64,000 nt of DNA from Deltaproteobacteria bacterium. GTDB lineage: Bacteria > Myxococcota > UBA727 > VGSZ01. Each line of letters starts with the position of its first letter. Within the stretch, counting starts at the first letter, position 1. Both the position numbers and the translations under genes were made by a program. The stretch covers positions 3,146 through 67,145 of the forward strand of contig VGSZ01000003.1 in assembly GCA_016874845.1 (NCBI GenBank), written 5' to 3'. The notes below the pieces were generated by a model. It worked only from the letters and a program-made list of their open reading frames with translations. It ran no database searches and was not told the DNA's origin. Positions 10,040 to 25,213 of the stretch are shown here, piece by piece.

Positions 10040-10064
10040 CCACCCGTAAAAGGGAGGCGGGTGG
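10040..10064 (+). promoter_or_regulatory. Perfect 7-bp stem / 11-nt loop hairpin (CCACCCG-taaaagggagg-CGGGTGG) 18 nt upstream of the nadA start
   Basis: Inverted repeat read directly from the sequence. It lies in the divergent intergenic region between the secreted-protein gene and nadA. Confidence 0.3.
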
Positions 10065-10082
10065 TGGCGGGCCCTGAATCCT

Positions 10083-11555
10083 ATGCAAGAAAACAAGGCA
10101 TTCCCCGAACCGCCCGGCGTCGAGCCGGCGTGGAGCCGGGGCGCGGCGGGCCCGTCCGGGGCCGGCGGATCCCGACAGGAGGCGCCCGTGACGTCGTCGT
10201 CGCTCGTGCAGATCAAGAAGTCCCGCGTCCTCGAGGTCGATCGCTCGATGCACAGCTCGGGTATCACGCTGACCCCCGGGATGAACATCTGCCAGACCGA
10301 TCTTCCGCTGGATTGGTATCAGGAAGAGTTCAAGCCCTACGTGCAGGAATACCTGTCGTTGCCCGATCGCACGCCCGAGACCGTCCTGCCGTGGATGGAC
10401 CGCTACATCGTTCCGGCTCTGGATTACTTTGGTCCCAAGCTGATGCTGCTGGCCCATTATTACATGGGTGGCGAGATCGTGAAGCTGGTTGAGCGCTACG
10501 GCGGGCGCATCGCCGACAGCTACGAGCTCGCCCTGCAGGCCGAGCGCCGCCCCGAGGTCGAGGTCTTCGTCGAGAGCGCCGTTCACTTCATGGCCGAGAC
10601 CATCGCGATCCTGAAGCACCCCCACCAACAGGTCTGGATCACGAACCCCAAGTCCGGCTGCACGATGGAGGCGCTGGCCAAGGAGGACATGGTCCTGCCG
10701 CTCTTCGATGAGCTGCACGAACGATACGGCGATGACCTGATGGTCATCTGCTACATGAATACGTCAGGTCGCCTGAAGGCGCTGGCCGGTCGCACCGGCG
10801 GCGCCATCTGTACGTCGTCGAATGCCTATACGATCATGCAGTGGGCAGTGGCGCAGAACAAGAAGATCTTCTTCGTCCCCGACCAGCACCTCGGCCGCAA
10901 CTCCGGCCGCAAGGTCGGCATCGGCGACGACGAGACCTTCCTGTTTCCGGGCGGCTGGGAGGGCGCGCGCCGCCCCCTGTCGGCCCTGTCGGGCGCTGAG
11001 CGCGACCGGCTCGACCGCAGCCGCTTGCTCCTGTGGGGCAGCTACTGCGGCGTTCACATGGTGTTCACGACGACGCAGGTCGAGCACTGGCGGCGGCAGG
11101 GCTTCCGTGTGCTCGTGCACCCCGAGTGCACCGTCGATGTCGTCGACGCCGCCGATGGCGCCGGCAGCACGAAGTACCTGTGGGACGCCCTGCAGCAGGC
11201 GAAGCCCGGTGACAAGCTGGCCATCGGCACCGAGGGCCACTTCGTGAAGAACGCCATCGCCTACGCGAAGGACAAGGGTGTCATCGTCGTCAACGTCGCC
11301 GACGTCCCCGGCGCCGGCCTCGGCTGCGGCTGCGCGACGATGAGCCGCAACGACCCGCCCCACCTTGTGGCGATGCTCGACCTGCTGCGGCAGGGCAGGG
11401 CGCCGGCGCTCAACCGCGTCGAGGCGGGCGACGTCGTCGACGAGGACACCGGCCACCGCGAGCGCCTCGACGCGGCGAGCCGCGCCGTCCTTGCTGCCGA
11501 GGCCCGCGCCGCGCTCGAGCGCATGATCGCGCTGACCGAGGCGGCGAAGCGGTAG
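10083..11555 (+). CDS. nadA: Quinolinate synthase NadA with N- and C-terminal extensions
   Basis: [12 protein letters not shown]...DSYELALQA...[14 protein letters not shown]...KSGCTMEAL...VHPECT...IGTEGHF are NadA signature blocks. At 490 aa it is longer than the typical 300-360 aa. The start is uncertain, with alternative ATGs at MHSSG and MNICQ. Codon usage is noticeably less GC3-biased than in neighbours. Confidence 0.8.
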   Translation: MQENKAFPEPPGVEPAWSRGAAGPSGAGGSRQEAPVTSSSLVQIKKSRVLEVDRSMHSSGITLTPGMNICQTDLPLDWYQEEFKPYVQEYLSLPDRTPETVLPWMDRYIVPALDYFGPKLMLLAHYYMGGEIVKLVERYGGRIADSYELALQAERRPEVEVFVESAVHFMAETIAILKHPHQQVWITNPKSGCTMEALAKEDMVLPLFDELHERYGDDLMVICYMNTSGRLKALAGRTGGAICTSSNAYTIMQWAVAQNKKIFFVPDQHLGRNSGRKVGIGDDETFLFPGGWEGARRPLSALSGAERDRLDRSRLLLWGSYCGVHMVFTTTQVEHWRRQGFRVLVHPECTVDVVDAADGAGSTKYLWDALQQAKPGDKLAIGTEGHFVKNAIAYAKDKGVIVVNVADVPGAGLGCGCATMSRNDPPHLVAMLDLLRQGRAPALNRVEAGDVVDEDTGHRERLDAASRAVLAAEARAALERMIALTEAAKR

Positions 11556-11676
11556 CCCTCGTCGACGCGTGCCGGGGCGCTTCGCATGGCGCGCCGCGCC
11601 GGCGGATCTCCGCGGTCGTCGTCGTCGCGGCCATCGAGTTGCGTTCGACGGGCGGAGAGGCGAAAACGACCAGACC

Positions 11677-12957
11677 ATGCCCACGCGTCGAGAAACCGGC
11701 TCGAACCTTCAGTGCTCCTTTTGCGGCAAGAGCCAGCGGGAGGTGAAAAAGCTCATCGCGGGCCCGACGGTCTACATCTGTGACGAGTGCATCCACCTCT
11801 GCAACGACATCATCGCCGAGGACGCCACCGAGCGGACGACGGCCGAACAGCTGGCGCTGCCGACGCCGCATGAGATTCGCGACTTCCTCGACCGCTACGT
11901 CGTCGGACAGGAGCACGCCAAGAAGGTGCTCTCGGTCGCCGTCTACAACCACTACAAGCGCATCAATACCCGCACGTCGCAGAAGGGCCAGAAGCCCGGC
12001 GTCGACACCATCGAGCTGTCGAAGTCCAACGTGCTGCTCATCGGGCCGACGGGCACGGGCAAGACGCTGCTGGCGCAGTCGCTGGCGCGGTTCCTCAAGG
12101 TGCCGTTCACGGTGGCCGACGCCACGACGCTGACCGAAGCCGGCTACGTCGGCGAGGACGTCGAGAGCATCATCCAGAACCTGTTGGCTGCCGCCGACAA
12201 CGACATCGAGCGCTGTGAGAAGGGCATCGTCTACCTCGACGAGGTCGACAAGATCGCGCGACGCAGCGAGGGCCCTTCGGTGACCCGCGACGTGTCGGGC
12301 GAGGGCGTGCAGCAGGGGCTGCTGAAGCTGGTCGAGGGCACGAAGTGCAACGTGACGCCGCGCGGGCAGAAGAAGTACCCGCACCAGGAGTCGACGGTGC
12401 AGATCGACACCTCGAACATCCTGTTCATCGTCGGCGGCGCGTTCGTCGGCATCGAGCAGCTCATCGAGCGTCGCACCGGCACGCGGGCCATCGGCTTCGG
12501 CGCGAGCAACACTGACGGCGGCGCGCCTCGGCGCGAGCGGCGGCTCGGCGAGGTGCTGCGCGACGTCAACACCGAGGACCTCATCAAGTTCGGGCTCATC
12601 CCCGAGTTCGTCGGTCGTCTGCCCGTCGTGGCGACGTTGAACGACATGACCGAGGACGATCTGGTCCACATCCTGACGCAGCCGAAGAACGCGCTGGTCA
12701 AGCAGTACCAGAAGCTCTTCTCCATCGAGGGCGTGAAGCTCAGCTTCACCGACGGCGCTCTGCGGGTGGCGGCCAAAGAGGCCATCAAGCGCAAGGCCGG
12801 CGCGCGCGGCCTGCGCGCGATTCTCGAGGCGGCGATGCTCGACATCATGTACGAGGTCCCCTACCTGCCGGGGATCGTCGAGTGCGTCGTCACCGAAGAG
12901 GTGATCCTGAAGGCGGCCCGCCCTACCTTGACGTTCGCCCAGAAGCAGTCGGCCTGA
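11677..12957 (+). CDS. clpX: ATP-dependent Clp protease ATP-binding subunit ClpX
   Basis: N-terminal zinc-binding CSFCGK...CDECI. Walker [19 protein letters not shown] and a conserved C-terminal domain. 426 aa. ATG chosen at MPTRRETG. Confidence 0.95.
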   Translation: MPTRRETGSNLQCSFCGKSQREVKKLIAGPTVYICDECIHLCNDIIAEDATERTTAEQLALPTPHEIRDFLDRYVVGQEHAKKVLSVAVYNHYKRINTRTSQKGQKPGVDTIELSKSNVLLIGPTGTGKTLLAQSLARFLKVPFTVADATTLTEAGYVGEDVESIIQNLLAAADNDIERCEKGIVYLDEVDKIARRSEGPSVTRDVSGEGVQQGLLKLVEGTKCNVTPRGQKKYPHQESTVQIDTSNILFIVGGAFVGIEQLIERRTGTRAIGFGASNTDGGAPRRERRLGEVLRDVNTEDLIKFGLIPEFVGRLPVVATLNDMTEDDLVHILTQPKNALVKQYQKLFSIEGVKLSFTDGALRVAAKEAIKRKAGARGLRAILEAAMLDIMYEVPYLPGIVECVVTEEVILKAARPTLTFAQKQSA

Positions 12958-13009
12958 TGACGATGACGATGACGATCACGACGACGACGGTGACGACCGC
13001 GAGCGCCCC

Positions 13010-13282
13010 GTGAGTGTGAGCCAGCTCCACGTCGATCACTGGGCTCGCGTGTCGCGCGAGGGCACGGCGGTGCTGTCGCGCACGTTCACGTTCCCCGACT
13101 GGAAGACGGCGCTGGCGTTTGTCAACGCCGCGGGCGCCGTCGCCGACGCGCAGGATCACCACCCGCTGGTTGAGCTGACGTGGGGACGGGTCACGCTCTT
13201 CGTGTGGACCCACGACGAGGGCGGCGTCGGGCCGCGCGACGTCGCGCTCTGTCACGCGATCAACGCGCTGTCGCCAGCCTGA
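13010..13282 (+). CDS. Pterin-4-alpha-carbinolamine dehydratase (PCD/DCoH family)
   Basis: 90 aa with GTG start. ...DHHPLVELTWGRVTLFVWTHDEGG matches the [EDKH]-x-HHP-x(5,6)-[YW]-x(9)-H-x(8,9)-D pattern. Confidence 0.75.
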   Translation: MSVSQLHVDHWARVSREGTAVLSRTFTFPDWKTALAFVNAAGAVADAQDHHPLVELTWGRVTLFVWTHDEGGVGPRDVALCHAINALSPA

Positions 13283-13291
13283 CGCCCGGCT

Positions 13292-14437
<1,146 letters not shown>

Positions 14438-14640
14438 CGGACACGTCCTGCGCGGTCACCCCGCGCACTGCAGGCCCATCGTCGTCGACGGGCGGGGAGG
14501 ATGCGATGTCGCCGACGGCAGCGGGACCGACCACCGACGACAGGAAAGCACAACGAGCACAGGGAACCCGCGGGTCGCCCTGTGCTCGCTGCTGGATGCC
14601 ATCCCGCGTCACCAGCGCGAAGGCGCGGCGACGAGCGAGA

Positions 14641-14913
14641 TCACTCGGCGGCGGCCGCCGCCGGCTCGACGATGGAGACCCGCTTCTTCGTCTTGCCGTC
14701 GCGGCCGAACTTCACATGGCCCTCGATCAGGGCGAACAGCGTATGGTCGCGACCCACGCCGACGTTCTTGCCCGCTGCGACCTTCGTGCCGCGCTGGCGG
14801 ACGATGATGCTGCCCGCCGACACCAGCTGGCCATCGCCAGCCTTGACGCCGAGGTACTTCGGGTTGGAGTCGCGGCCGTTGCGCGTGGAGCCTTGGCCCT
14901 TTTTGTGCGCCAT
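14641..14913 (-). CDS. rpmA: 50S ribosomal protein L27
   Basis: [24 protein letters not shown]... is the canonical L27 N-terminus. 90 aa. Confidence 0.95.
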   Translation of the reverse strand: MAHKKGQGSTRNGRDSNPKYLGVKAGDGQLVSAGSIIVRQRGTKVAAGKNVGVGRDHTLFALIEGHVKFGRDGKTKKRVSIVEPAAAAAE

Positions 14914-14964
14914 GTCTGCACCTGTACTCGTCGTCTCGACGAGGAGAAAGAGTGTATGGAGTGA

Positions 14965-15312
14965 TCAGCCCGAGATCTTGTCGATGGACACGATCGTGTA
15001 GCGCTGGCGGTGGCCCTTGTGCTTCACGTAGTCGCCGGGGCGGCGCTTCAGCGCCCACAGCTTCTGGCCCTTGAAGCCCGTGCCCTCATCGTCGCCCTTG
15101 CCGTTGTCGAAGACCGTGGCCTCGACCTTGGCGCCGGACACATGGGGCTGACCGACCTTGGTGCCCCCCTCGCCGCCGAGCAGCAGGACCTTGTCGAAGG
15201 TGAGCTTGTCACCCTTCTTCTTGCCGGCGATCAGGTCGATCTTGAGCTTCTCGCCCTCCATGACCTGATGCTGGCTCGCGCCGGCGACGATGACTGCGTA
15301 ACGACCCGCCAT
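14965..15312 (-). CDS. rplU: 50S ribosomal protein L21
   Basis: MAGRYAVIVAGASQHQV...GHRQRYT is the L21 signature. It lies upstream of rpmA-obg in the conserved operon order. Confidence 0.95.
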   Translation of the reverse strand: MAGRYAVIVAGASQHQVMEGEKLKIDLIAGKKKGDKLTFDKVLLLGGEGGTKVGQPHVSGAKVEATVFDNGKGDDEGTGFKGQKLWALKRRPGDYVKHKGHRQRYTIVSIDKISG

Positions 15313-15554
15313 GACTCACCTCTTGTCCGCGCGTCCTCCCGGACGGGCGATCTGATTTCGCGCTGGGCTCTCGCTGCGGAGCAAACCGGCTGCGACGCCG
15401 GGTGTCAACGGACTTCCTCACGAACCTCGTCGGGGCCGGTCGCTCCTCAGACCCGGATCCGACGACGACCCGGCGACGGCCTCCCGCCTCGACGACGAGG
15501 CCGACGTCGCCGTCGGCCCCGCGCACCGCAGGAGCGATGAGCCGCGTCGTCGGC

Positions 15555-16073
15555 TCAGACCAGACCCTTCTGGCGCTTCAGCGCGGCGACGACGCGCGGG
15601 TACTCGATCTCCCACTCGGACGTGCCCTCGCGCAGGTTCTTTAGGCGCGAGCGGGCCTCGCGGTCGAGCTCCTCGTCGACGCCGGTGTACTTCTCGAACA
15701 CCTGCTTGAAGAACAGGCGGAGCGTCTTGTCGTCGGCGTAGACCTCGGCGATGTTCTTGCTGTTGAACAGCGCCTCAAGCATCTGGCTGAGGACGTAGTC
15801 GACGCCGTCGTCGCCCTGCTTGAAGCCGCGGGCCTCGGCCAGCGACTTCTTCACCTGCGCGAAGCGGTCCTGCGAGAAGCCACGACGAGCCATCGTCTCC
15901 TTGGTCTCGTTCACCAGCTTCTCTTCTTCGTTCATGTACTCGACCATCACGGCGGCCAGATCGAGCTCGGCCTCGTCCATGCGGCCGTCTTCGACCTCGA
16001 CCTCGCTCTTGCTGTGCAGGGTCCGCACGATCTCGCGTGCGATCTTCGGGATGATCTTCCGGTACAGCCGCAT
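15555..16073 (-). CDS. DUF507-family protein (conserved in Myxococcales)
   Basis: ATG at MRLYRKIIPKIAREIVRTLHSK...VVAALKRQKGLV. High GC3. Upstream in-frame ORF sequence is Arg/Ser-rich and not coding-like. Confidence 0.6.
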   Translation of the reverse strand: MRLYRKIIPKIAREIVRTLHSKSEVEVEDGRMDEAELDLAAVMVEYMNEEEKLVNETKETMARRGFSQDRFAQVKKSLAEARGFKQGDDGVDYVLSQMLEALFNSKNIAEVYADDKTLRLFFKQVFEKYTGVDEELDREARSRLKNLREGTSEWEIEYPRVVAALKRQKGLV

Positions 16074-17343
16074 CACGTCCTCCGCTCGACGAACAGCCTC
16101 GACGGCCGTCGCTTCCAGTTCCGCGGCGGTCGATACGCGCCCCCGGTGTCCGGAGGCCTGATGGGTCTTCGGGGGGACACGGCCGGAGCCGCCATTTCCA
16201 AACCGCCTGCACTGTACCGACGGCCAAGGGGCAGTCAACGTGAAAAGAATCGATCTCGCTGTCGACGACGAGCGTTTTCTCTGGAGCTGCACCGCCGTGG
16301 TGCGCGCCGGTGGTTCGGACCGCCGGAGGATGCCGGGTGGCGGGTCGGTCGTGCGCCCGGGCCCCGCTGCGTGTGACATCAGCCGACAACGCCGCAGCGC
16401 TCGGCCGCGAAACACACGTCGTATCCGTGAGGTGAACCGATGACCGCCGTGCGCCCCCTCGGTGTGCTGCTGACCTGCAAGCCCCGCGAGACCCTGGCCG
16501 ACGGCGGTGTCTCCGCGGCGGCGGTCGACGGGCCGGCTCGCCTGGCGCGCGGCGCCGACCGCAGCGCGCCCGCGGCGCCTCCGGCGCCGCGGGCGTTCGT
16601 TGCCGCGGCCGCCGGCCGCTTCGCGTCACCGGCGGTGGAGGCCCGGGCCCGCGCCCTGGTCGACGTCGCCGCCGCGCCGATGCCGCGGCCCGCTCACGAC
16701 GTTGTGCACCACGTCGCTCCCGCCGGCGACAACGCCATCCGCGGGCACCACTGGGAGGGCGTCTGCGACGCGTGGTCGTGGGCGGCGCTGGACGCGCGCC
16801 TGTCGAGCCTCGTCGAGGTCGACAGACCAAAGGGCGAGCGCGGCCTGTGGATCGGCGGCCAGCTCATGAGCCGCGCCGACCTCGGCTACCGGACGATGGC
16901 GTTGCTCGCCGGGCGCAGCCGGCGCCGCGCGAGCTGTTTTCGCCCGAGCACTCGCTCATCGACGGCCTCCTGCAGGCCGCTCGCCCCCGAGGTGCAGGGC
17001 AGTGTCTACGGGCCGGCGCTGGACTTCTTGGTCGGCCACGGGCTCGCCCGCGGTGTGTCGGCGGCGACGCGCAAGGCCTTCGAGAAGGACGCCGGCACGG
17101 GCCCGCTGTCGTCGACGCAGGTCGCTGACCTCGGACAGAGGTATCCGACCATCGCCAACGCCGATGCGCCCATCGAGCGGGCGACGAGGTTTGCGAGCCG
17201 CGGCTTCGAGGCGGCGTCGTTCGGCGCCCCTGAGTACGCCGCGTGCTGGCGCTCGCCTGCACGCCTCGTTCAGTCGGGAAGGACCCAGGCTGGGCGGACG
17301 GCGACGGCCGTCAAGCCGCGCGCGGCCGACCGTCGCGTGCCGG

Positions 17344-20625
<3,282 letters not shown>

Positions 20626-20670
20626 GCAGACGCTCGCGGTCAGGGTGCAACGACGGACCCGGCAACGAAG

Positions 20671-20691
20671 CCGGCGGCAGGAAGCCGCCGG
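20671..20691 (-). promoter_or_regulatory. Perfect 8-bp stem hairpin (CCGGCGGC-AGGAA-GCCGCCGG) in the secA 5' leader / divergent promoter region
   Basis: Inverted repeat seen directly, ~50-65 nt upstream of the secA start codon. Confidence 0.25.
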
Positions 20692-20876
20692 CCGCTGCGG
20701 TCTTTGACCGCGCGGACCGTAGGTACCGCTCCCCCCCCGGTCAAGGCCCCGTCGTCGACGAAGATCCCCGCCGAACCCTTGTCGCAGCGTCGAGCGGTAG
20801 CGCGCCAGCCGCTGCGGTTATCCTGCCCCACGACCAGCGCTTTCGCCGCCGGGCGCCGCGACCAGCGAGGAGACCG

Positions 20877-22805
20877 ATGAACGCCGATCCGACTGCCGCA
20901 CCATCGCCGCCCACGCGCGCGCGCGACCGCCGCCTGCGACTGCTCATCGCCACCGTCGCCTTCGGGGTGCTCTTCGGGCTGCTCGCCGGCGTGGCGTTCG
21001 CCGCCTGGGCCGGGGCCTTGCTCGGCGCAGTCGGCGCTCTCATCGTCGGGCTCGCGCTCGCCTGGGTGCTGCCGTCGTTCCTCGCCGCCCGCGCCGCCGT
21101 TGCGCTCCGCCGCAAGCGCCCCGAAGGCGTGCTGCTGCGTCGCCTGATCGCCTTGTTCCTCGTCGTGCTCGTGCAGACCACGGTGTTCCTCGCCGGCTTC
21201 GTCAACCTCGGGCAGGGGCAGGCCAGCCCGACGCAAGAGCTGTCGGCGGCGGCCCTGCCGCTGCTCGGCGCGCTGCCGGGGATCGGCCCCTCGCTCGCCG
21301 ACAACGCCCGGCAGGGCGGGCTGCTCCCCGACGACGCCAGAGCGCCCCCGAAGACGCCCGCGCCCGGCCCCGACGGCGGCACGCCCGCGCCCGACGGCGG
21401 CACGCCTGTCGTCGACGCGGGACCGGCGGCGACGCTGTCGTTGCCCGCCGGCCTGCAGCCGCGCGCCGGCGGCCGCCCCACCGCCACCGTCGCCGCCGGC
21501 GCCGTCACCACCGACGGCGACGTCTGCGTCGTCGTCTGGTCGGTGCGCTTTGGCGGTCAGGCCACCCCGCGGCTCGTCGAGCTGTCCGCGCTGTCGGCGC
21601 TCGGACCGGTCACGCGCATCGAGGCCAGCAGCGACGGCTTCGTCGCCGTCGTGCTCGGCGGCGGCCAGCTCGTCACGGCCTCGCCGTTGGGGCCGGCGAC
21701 CCACGACAAGGCGCTGTCGCGCGGCGCACGCGTCGGAGACCTCGAGCTGCAGGGCCTGCGCGACGTCGCCACCGGCCCCGGCGGCGCGTTGCTGGTCGTC
21801 GCCGATCTGTTCGACGCGCGCACGAGCAAGACCACCGCGGCGCTGGTCGCCCGGCCCGCCGGCGGCGGCGCGGCCTTCGTCGTGCGCAAGGCCGGTGACG
21901 TCGTCGACCCCCCCGAGAAGAAGGGCGAGGCGGCCAACGTCAGCCACGGCTTCTCGATCAAGCGTGGCGACGGCAGCGGCGCCGTCGTCGTCGAGGAGGA
22001 GGTGCTCGAGGGCGGCGTCGACGCCGGCACGAAGCTCGCGGGCGCGCAGTGGACGATGAACCCGCGCCGTCTGCTGGCCGGGCAGCTCGACAACCCCCGC
22101 GCCCTCGTCGAGGTCGCGCGCACCGGCGCCGAGCCGTCGGGGCTCGACGGCACCACGCTGCAGGCCTTCGGCGACGCGGTGCTGCTCGCTGACGGGCGCG
22201 TGGTCTTCGACGCCAACGCCGTCGAAGAGGGCGCGCGCGGCTGGCTGTTTTCGGCCCGCGCCGGGGGCGGAGTCTTCGCCGTCGCTCCCGAGCTGGTCGG
22301 CAAGCCTGAGGCGCCGTGGTCGCCGAAGGCGCCGCGCGTGCGCCAGCTCGCCATCGCCGGCGACGGCGTCTTCGCCTTCGTCAACCGGGACGGCGCGGTC
22401 GTCGTCGGGCCGCTCTCGCGTCCCGCCGACGCGAAGACGGGCGTGCTGCGGGCCGACGCTCTGCGGCGTGGCGACGCCGCCCGTGCCCGCAGCGTCGCGG
22501 CGGCGACGACGGTCCGCACCGCCGGCGGCGACTGGCTGGTGGCCGGCGTCGAGCTGCTCGGCGACGATGGCGCCCGCGCCGAGGCGGTGGTGCTCGTCGG
22601 CCGTGACGACCTCGCCGCCGGTCGCGCCGAGGTGCTGCTCGAGCAGGGCGGCCTGCTGCCTGCGCCGTCGTCAGGGCCCACGCCACCCACGCCCGTCGAC
22701 GCCGGCGCGCTGTCGCTCACGCCCGCGCCCGCGCCCGGGCCACGACGCGTGCGGTCGATCTTCTTCGACGACGGCCACGACGAGGCGCTGTGGCAGCCGG
22801 GATGA
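20877..22805 (+). CDS. Hypothetical membrane-anchored protein (3 N-terminal TM helices, large Pro/Gly/Ala-rich extracytoplasmic domain)
   Basis: 642-aa ORF with strong GC3 bias. N-terminal hydrophobic helices (LLIATVAFGVLFGLLAGVAFAAWAG...). No catalytic motif recognised. Confidence 0.55.
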   Translation: MNADPTAAPSPPTRARDRRLRLLIATVAFGVLFGLLAGVAFAAWAGALLGAVGALIVGLALAWVLPSFLAARAAVALRRKRPEGVLLRRLIALFLVVLVQTTVFLAGFVNLGQGQASPTQELSAAALPLLGALPGIGPSLADNARQGGLLPDDARAPPKTPAPGPDGGTPAPDGGTPVVDAGPAATLSLPAGLQPRAGGRPTATVAAGAVTTDGDVCVVVWSVRFGGQATPRLVELSALSALGPVTRIEASSDGFVAVVLGGGQLVTASPLGPATHDKALSRGARVGDLELQGLRDVATGPGGALLVVADLFDARTSKTTAALVARPAGGGAAFVVRKAGDVVDPPEKKGEAANVSHGFSIKRGDGSGAVVVEEEVLEGGVDAGTKLAGAQWTMNPRRLLAGQLDNPRALVEVARTGAEPSGLDGTTLQAFGDAVLLADGRVVFDANAVEEGARGWLFSARAGGGVFAVAPELVGKPEAPWSPKAPRVRQLAIAGDGVFAFVNRDGAVVVGPLSRPADAKTGVLRADALRRGDAARARSVAAATTVRTAGGDWLVAGVELLGDDGARAEAVVLVGRDDLAAGRAEVLLEQGGLLPAPSSGPTPPTPVDAGALSLTPAPAPGPRRVRSIFFDDGHDEALWQPG

Positions 22806-22933
22806 CGATGCGCTTCGACAGACCGCCGCGCTCGTGTAAAAGACACGCGCCTGACGCGGAGACCGCGTAAGCAACGTGAGGCAGGGCGTCGCCGGGGGAC
22901 GAGCCGTCGGAAGACGTCGGAAGCCTCGAGCGC

Positions 22934-22969
22934 GTCGTGTGCGTCGTGTGCGTCGTGTGCGTCGTGTGC
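22934..22969 (+). repeat. Perfect 9-bp tandem repeat (GTCGTGTGC) x4
   Basis: gcgtcgtgtgcgtcgtgtgcgtcgtgtgcgtcgtgtgcg read directly. It lies in the 590-bp gap after the membrane-protein gene. Depending on frame it encodes (VVC)n, (RRV)n or (SCA)n. Confidence 0.9.
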
Positions 22970-23397
22970 GCGTTCGTGCTCACGAGGGTCGGCGTGGGAT
23001 GCAATTCGGTGCAGCGCGGCGCGGACGGTCGCGTGCACCAGCCCTCCGACAGCCAGCGCGCCACCCTGCCGACGGTCGCGCAAGGGGGCGATCCCTCGCT
23101 GCCGCTCCGGCGAGCGTCGACGTCACCCCGGAGCGGATCGAGTTCCGGCAGCGGCTGCCCGCCGCCAACGCCGCGCGCCTGCGGCACGATCCGAAGCTCG
23201 ACCAGCTCGCGCGCATCATCGCCGTCGCCGGCTCGAGCGACGGCCAGAGCGTCAGCCGTGAGGTCGAGGCGTAGCTGCGGTGACCCATCGGGTGGAGACA
23301 AAGACCTGCGTGATGCCGAGGCGCCTGGGCGAGCGGTCGCGACCGCGACTGCACGAACCGCGCGGCGCTGCGAAAGTGGGCGAGCGCGCTCCACCCG

Positions 23398-24191
23398 GTG
23401 TTGCGGGCGCGCTTCGGACTCGCGCGCGTCTCGCTCGGCAAGCGCGCCGGCCTCGCCCTCGTCGTGGTGAGCGACGTCGTGGAGCTGTCGCCCTTTCCCG
23501 AGGACGTCGCCGCCAGCTTGACCCTGCGGCTGCGCGGACGCGCCCTCGATCCCCTCACGCGACCGCGGCTCTACGTCCTTCAGCCCGACGGGACGACGAC
23601 AATGACGGCGTTGAAGCCGGCGGACGACGGCAGCTTCGAGGCGGCGGTGTCGTGGCCCCTCGCCGGGCGCGCGTTCCTCGAGCTGCGCGGCGGCTCCTCG
23701 GCGAAGAGCCGGAGCATCGCGCGCAAGGCCTGGTCCACCTGTCCGTCGGCGTCGATGAGCCGGCGCTGTGCACCGAGCACGAGGAGCTCGAGCGGATCGG
23801 CGCGTCGCCGGTGAGCCCCCTCACCCAGGCGGCGGTCGCGGCGCTGCTCGACGACGTGCGCAAGGGCGCCGACCTCGCGCCGTGGACGCGGGGCGCGACG
23901 CTCGACGGCGCGGCGTGCGCCCGCGACGAGGCGATGAAAAAGGACGGCGCGCTTGAGCAGACTCCGTACGCCGCGCCCCTCCCGTCGTCGGTCCGCGAGG
24001 CGCGCTGGGGGACACACCGCACCCTCGCGGACGTGCAGTGGGAGCTCGCCACGAGTCCTTCGTTTCGCCACCTGGTGCGCGACGCGCGCGCCACGCACCT
24101 TGCCCTGTGCGCAGCTCCCGACGGCGAGCAGCCGCCGCTGCGGGTGCTCGCCTGGGAGCAACGATGGGCATCGCCGGTCGAGGGCCCCTGA
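23398..24191 (+). pseudogene. Hypothetical gene apparently interrupted by a -1 frame change near 23.70-23.72 kb (two overlapping ORFs 23398..23814 and 23280..24191)
   Basis: Codon-position GC bias supports frame 1 from ~23400 to ~23710 (…VVVSDVVELSPFPEDVAASLTLRL…). It then supports frame 0 from ~23720 to the stop at 24191 (…DEPALCTEHEELERIG…VLAWEQRWASPVEGP). No in-frame start exists for the second part. Confidence 0.3.
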
Positions 24192-24292
24192 GGGGCCCGA
24201 GGTGCTCCCCCGCAAAGGAGCTCGGACCCTGACGGCCGTCCATCCGACAGCGAAGCGTTGCCAGCCCGCGCGCGCCTCGGCATCCCACCCGG

Positions 24293-25213
24293 GTGAACAT
24301 GTCCTCTGCCTCCTCGCGCTGGCGGCTTGCGGCGCTCGCTGCCCTGGTCTTCGCCGGCTTCGGTTGCGCGCCGCCGCCGACGCTGCTCCTGCCCCACGAT
24401 GACGCGCGCATCGGCGCGCCCGGCGACGACGGCTCGTGGGGCGCGCTGCTCGTGCCGCGCGCGCTGCGTGTCCGCGGCGATCGCGCCGTCGCCGTCGACA
24501 TCGTTGCCCCCACCGAAGACGATGTCACGGTCGCCCGGGGGCCATTTCCGCCGGCGCTGCTCGTGCAGGGCGGCGCCGTCACCGTCGAGCGTTACCACTG
24601 GCTGGCCGCCCACCTCGCCAGCCGCGGCGTCATCGTCGTGGCGCCGCATCACGCGCTCGATCTGGCGTTTTTCTCGCAGGGCGACGGGCTCGATACGCTC
24701 GGGGCGCTGCGGCGCGCGGCGCGCGGCAACGACCCCTACCTGCAGGGACGCGTTGAAGACGGCCCGGCGCTGGCCATCGGCCACAGCCTAGGCGGCGTCG
24801 TCGCCAGCAACGCCTTCGCCGGTGACGAGGCTGGCGTCACGCACCTCGTGCTGCTGTCGTCGGTGCCGAACCCCGGCGTCGACGTCACACGGGCCAGCGG
24901 GCGCGTCCTGTCCGTGGCCGGGCAGAACGACGGCCTGATCTCGGTCGACGAGGTCAAAGAGGGCGCGCGCGAGTTCCGCGCGATGACGACGGTCGCCGTC
25001 GTCGAGGGCCTGACGCACTTCCAGCTCACCGATGACCCCACCGAAGAAAACCTGGAGCGCGAAGGCACGACCAGCCCGATCGCTACCGCCCTCGCGCGGT
25101 CGCGCGCGCTCTTTCTTGTCGACGCGATGCTGCTCGATCTGAACGGCGATGCCGTCGGCGCGACGCTGCTCGATGACCCGCAGGTCTGGGTCGAAGGTGT
25201 AATGCAGCCATGA
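24293..25213 (+). CDS. Alpha/beta-hydrolase lipoprotein (serine hydrolase, GHSLGG nucleophile elbow)
   Basis: GTG start. Signal plus lipobox LVFAGFGC. GHSLGG matches G-x-S-x-G. 306 aa. Confidence 0.65.
   Translation: MNMSSASSRWRLAALAALVFAGFGCAPPPTLLLPHDDARIGAPGDDGSWGALLVPRALRVRGDRAVAVDIVAPTEDDVTVARGPFPPALLVQGGAVTVERYHWLAAHLASRGVIVVAPHHALDLAFFSQGDGLDTLGALRRAARGNDPYLQGRVEDGPALAIGHSLGGVVASNAFAGDEAGVTHLVLLSSVPNPGVDVTRASGRVLSVAGQNDGLISVDEVKEGAREFRAMTTVAVVEGLTHFQLTDDPTEENLEREGTTSPIATALARSRALFLVDAMLLDLNGDAVGATLLDDPQVWVEGVMQP

Noticed and set aside
15775-16830. 351-aa minus-strand ORF spanning the DUF507 upstream region
   Set aside because: The translation is almost pure Arg/Gly/Pro low complexity. 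It overlaps the better-supported plus-strand ORF 16440.. and the DUF507 gene.
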